A DNA stretch of 64,000 bases from the human T2T-CHM13v2.0 reference genome, Homo sapiens. Made by a program: the position numbers and the translations under genes. Under the pieces are notes generated by a model that had not been told where the DNA came from, made no database searches, and saw nothing but the letters and a program-made list of their open reading frames with translations. Position 1 is the first letter of the stretch. Each line of letters begins with the position of its first letter. This document shows positions 58,070-64,000 of the stretch, piece after piece. The stretch lies in NCBI RefSeq assembly GCF_009914755.1, contig NC_060948.1; one strand, written 5' to 3'.

Positions 58070-60197
58070 AGATCCGTATTTTTTAAATGAAAAAAAATTT
58101 CAAAGGTACTCTGCTTGGTACAATAATCAAATGTATAAACTGAGGAATAAAACATAACCATGAAACCTACTTATAACTGCATATGGAAAATACAGAGGAT
58201 AATTTTTTAAATAACATATTTTGAAAGCCTTAACTAGTAATTTGAAGAGTTGGCATTTGAAAGGCCAGTATGAATATACCTTCAAAGCAGCAACACAGGT
58301 TCCCCATGTGAAAAAGCAAACACAGGGAAAATAAAAACACAAAGGTTCAATCTCTTCTGACCTTTGAAAGACACAGCACAGACAGTGGTCCTTAGGACGA
58401 AGAGCAGGAGACCCCTAATTCCGTCACCATGGCGATAGGGCATAAACATTGCTGGGTGAGGGCACAATCCACATTGTGAGGTCCAACTGCTGCCAGGAAG
58501 ACAGGAGTGCTTTTACATAGACCGAAAGGTCATTGAAGGCTCAGAGTCTTGTTTCAAGAACTGAATCCCAAGCCCACGCGTTATTAGGCTGCGCTTCTTA
58601 AAACAAGTTATGAGATGGGAAAAAGGGCACCCACAAACATACGTATACATTATGTATATAATAATATACAGTATCATATATATAATATATATAACCTATG
58701 TATAATATTGTTTTACATCCTGCATCTTATGTTATATATATTGTATAAAATATAATAATTGATAATATATAAGTTTTATAATTATACAATATGACATATA
58801 GTATATATTATAATTTATGACATATATAATATATGTTATATATCATATATAGAATATATTATACGGTTAATATACGTATTAAATATAAATTATACATTAT
58901 ATATATTATATATAATATATCTGTTATATATAATACCCATTATGCATAATATATATATTATGTCTACGTTATATATAGTATAAAACAACATATAATAATA
59001 TATAATTGTATATATAAAATGCGACATAGAATATATATTATATTTTATAACATATGTAATATATATTATATATTATATATAATACGTTGTATGTATAATA
59101 CCTATATTAAATATATATTATATGACTATGTTATTAATTACATGTCACATGTGTTATATATTATATATTTTACATAGAATATACCGGTTACATACAATAT
59201 ATACTATGTTACCTATAATGTATAATTTATTACATGTAAAATAAAGAATGCAATATATTATGTATAATTTATAATATACAATATGTGGAATGTGATATAT
59301 ATAACATATAATATATGATATATGATATACAGTATATGATATATAACATACAATATATGATTCCTAATATATATGGTATACAATATATATTTTATGATAT
59401 GTATTCTATATGTTTTATATTCTGTTATATATAACTATTTGAAATTATATATAACTGTATAATATTTTACGTAAATATGTAATATAATATATATAACTAT
59501 ATAATATATTATATATAACTATATATTATGTTATATATACTTTTATAACATAATTTACATAAAATATCATAATATAATATATATTATATTATTTCATATT
59601 ACATAATATATATTACATATCACCCAATATAACTAACATACATAATATTATAATATAGATTATATTGTGTTATATTATATATCATATATATCATGTATCA
59701 TATATTCTATAATATATATTACACATTATATAATATGTATGTTGTCTATTATGTGATATATATAACTCTATATATATTTATATTTTTATACATATAACTA
59801 GATAAACATGTAATTCTACATATTTTCACTTATAATATGTAGAATTACATAATCATATATAATTATTTATATTCTATAAAAAATTTTATCATTATATAAA
59901 TTATAATATATAAAAATTATAATATGTACTACAAATATATATATTATATATCATATATGATATAGTACCTTTGTTATATTTCATAATACATATAAATGTG
60001 TATTATGTTATCTATAATTATATAATTTCATATATAAGATGTATAATATGTATCATATATTATATATGTTATGTAATATATATAGTATATATAAGATGAC
60101 ACAGGATAAATATTATATACTATGACATATAAAATATATGAGGTTATATGTTACATATAAGGCATAGCACATAACATGTAATATATATCATATATAA

Positions 60198-60489
60198 TTT
60201 TTTTTTAGACAGAATCTTGTCCTGTTGCACAGGGTGGGGTACAATGGCGCCATCTTTGCTCACTGCAACTTCTGCCTCACAGGTCCAAGCGATTGTCCTC
60301 CCTCAGCCTCCCAGGTAGCTGGGACTACACCACACTGGGACTACACCAGCTGCCACCATGCCTAGCTAATTTTTTGGATTTTTAGTAGTGACAGCGTTTC
60401 ACTGTATTGGCCAGGATGGTCTTGATCTCTTCACCTTGTGATCCCCTTGCCTTGGCCTCCAAATTTGCTGGGATTACAGGCCTGAGCCA
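60198..60489 (-). mobile_element. AluY-like copy in DYZ2 monomer
   Basis: Near-identical to 2232-2523. Confidence 0.9.
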
Positions 60490-62594
60490 AGATCCATATT
60501 TTTTAAATGAAAAAAAATTTCAAAGGTACTCTGCTTGGTACAATAATCAAATGTATAAACTGAGGAATAAAACATAACCATGAAACCTACTTATAACTGC
60601 ATATGGAAAATACAGAGGATAATTTTTTAAATAACATATTTTGAAAGCCTTAACTAGTAATTTGAAGAGTTGGCATTTGAAAGGCCAGTATGAATATACC
60701 TTCAAAGCAGCAACACAGGTTCCCCATGAGAAAAAGCAAACACAGGGAAAATAAAAACACAAAGGTTCAATCTCTTCTGACCTTTGAAAGACACAGCACA
60801 GACAGTGGTCCTTAGGACGAAGAGCAGGAGACCCCTAATTCCGTCACCATGGCGATAGGGCATAAACATTGCTGGGTGAGGGCACAATCCACATTGTGAG
60901 GTCCAACTGCTGCCAGGAAGACAGGAGTGCTTTTACATAGACCGAAAGGTCATTGAAGGCTCAGAGTTTTGTTTCAAGAACTGAATCCCAAGCCCACACG
61001 TTATTAGGCTGCGCTTCTTAAAACAACTTATGAGATGGGAAAAAGGGCACCCACAAACATACGTATACATTATGTATATAATAATATACAGTATCATATA
61101 TATAATATATATAACCTATGTATAATATTGTTTTACATCCTGCATCTTATGTTCTATATATTGTATAAAATATAATAATTGATAATATATAAGTTTTATA
61201 ATTATACAATATGACATATAGTATATATTATAATTTATGACATATATAATATATGTTATATGTCATATATAGAATATATTATACGGTTAATATACGTATT
61301 AAATATAAATTATACATTATATATATTATATATAATATATCTGTTATATATAATACCCATTATGCATAATATATATATTATGTCTACGTTATATATAGTA
61401 TAAAACAACATATAATAATATATAATTGTATATATAAAATGCGACATATAATATATATTATATTTTATAACATATGTAATATATATTATATATTATATAT
61501 AATACGTTGTATGTATAATACCTATATTAAATATATATTATATGACTATGTTATTAATTACATGTCACATGTGTTATATATTATATATTTTACATAGAAT
61601 ATACCGGTTACATACAATATATACTATGTTACCTATAATGTATAATTTATTACATGTAAAATAAAGAATGCAATATATTATGTATAATTTATAATATACC
61701 ATATGTGGAATGTGATATATATAACATATAATATATGATATATGATATACAGTATATGATATATAACATACAATATATGATTCCTAATATATATGGTATA
61801 CAATATATATTTTATGATATGTATTCTATATGTTTTATATTCTGTTATATATAACTAGTTGAAATTATATATAACTGTATAATATTTTAGGTAAATATGT
61901 AATATAATATATATAACTATATAATATATTATATATAACTATATATTATGTTATATATACTTTTATAACATAATTTACATAAAATATCATAACGTAATAT
62001 ATATTATATTATTTCATATTACATAATATATATTACATATCACCCAATATAACTAACATACATAATATTATAATATAGATAATATTGTGTTATATTAAGT
62101 ATCATATATATCATGTATCATATATTCTATAATATATATTACACATTATATAATATGTATGTTGTCTATTATGTGATATATATAACTCTATATATAATTA
62201 TATTTTTATACATATAACTAGATAAACATGTAATTCTACATATTTTCATTTATAATATGTAGAATTATATAATCATATATAATTATTTATATTCTATAAA
62301 AAATTTTATCATTATATAAATTATAATATATAAAAATTATAATATGTACTACAAATATATATATTATATATCATATATGATATAGTACCTTTGTTATATA
62401 TCATAATACATATAAATGTGTATTATGTTATCTATAATTCTATAATTTCATATATAAGATGTATAATATGTATCATATATTATATATGTTATGTAATATA
62501 TATAGTATATATAAGATGACACAGGATAAATATTATATACTATGACATATAAAATATATGAGGTTATATGTTACATATAAGGCATAGCACATAA

Positions 62595-62909
<315 letters not shown>

Positions 62910-64000
62910 AGATCCATATTTTTTAAATGAAAAAAAATTTCAAAGGTACTCTGCTTGGTACAATAATCAAATGTATAAACTGAGGAATAAAACATAACCA
63001 TGAAACCTACTTATAACTGCATATGGAAAATACAGAGGATAATTTTTTAAATAACATATTTTGAAAGCCTTAACTAGTAATTTGAAGAGTTGGCATTTGA
63101 AAGGCCAGTATGAATATACCTTCAAAGCAGCAACACAGGTTCCCCATGAGAAAAAGCAAACACAGGGAAAATAAAAACACAAAGGTTCAATCTCTTCTGA
63201 CCTTTGAAAGACACAGCACAGACAGTGGTCCTTAGGACGAAGAGCAGGAGACCCCTAATTCCGTCACCATGGCGATAGGGCATAAACATTGCTGGGTGAG
63301 GGCACAATCCACATTGTGAGGTCCAACTGCTGCCAGGAAGACAGGAGTGCTTTTACATAGACCGAAAGGTCATTGAAGGCTCAGAGTTTTGTTTCAAGAA
63401 CTGAATCCCAAGCCCACACGTTATTAGGCTGCGCTTCTTAAAACAACTTATGAGATGGGAAAAAGGGCACCCACAAACATACGTATACATTATGTATATA
63501 ATAATATACAGTATCATATATATAATATATATAACCTATGTATAATATTGTTTTACATCCTGCATCTTATGTTCTATATATTGTATAAAATATAATAATT
63601 GATAATATATAAGTTTTATAATTATACAATATGACATATAGTATATATTATAATTTATGACATATATAATATATGTTATATGTCATATATAGAATATATT
63701 ATACGGTTAATATACGTATTAAATATAAATTATACATTATATATATTATATATAATATATCTGTTATATATAATACCCATTATGCATAATATATATATTA
63801 TGTCTACGTTATATATAGTATAAAACAACATATAATAATATATAATTGTATATATAAAATGCGACATATAATATATATTATATTTTATAACATATGTAAT
63901 ATATATTATATATTATATATAATACGTTGTATGTATAATACCTATATTAAATATATATTATATGACTATGTTATTAATTACATGTCACATGTGTTATATA

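Overview
The whole 64-kb window is one head-to-tail, single-orientation primate satellite array of about 26.5 copies of a ~2.4-kb composite monomer. Each monomer is a ~575-bp moderately GC-rich block (HSATI-like), a ~1.55-kb extremely AT-rich (TA)n-derived block, and an antisense, 5'-clipped AluY-like element. This is the known DYZ2 / HSat1B satellite, most likely from human Yq12 heterochromatin. The HaeIII (GGCC) map I read gives a 2139-bp fragment per monomer, matching the classical male-specific 2.1-kb HaeIII repeat. I see no genes, RNA genes or CRISPR arrays; the short ORFs are by-products of the repeat, and I found no new coding system. What the window does show is internal array structure: two monomer length classes (~2413 and ~2420 bp) meeting at one junction, three sequence sub-domains, recent 1-monomer duplications, incipient 2-mer and 5-mer (~12.1 kb) higher-order periodicity, mosaic monomers, and one Alu copy lacking the 16-bp internal duplication carried by all other full copies. 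All variant calls were made by eye and need an alignment to confirm.
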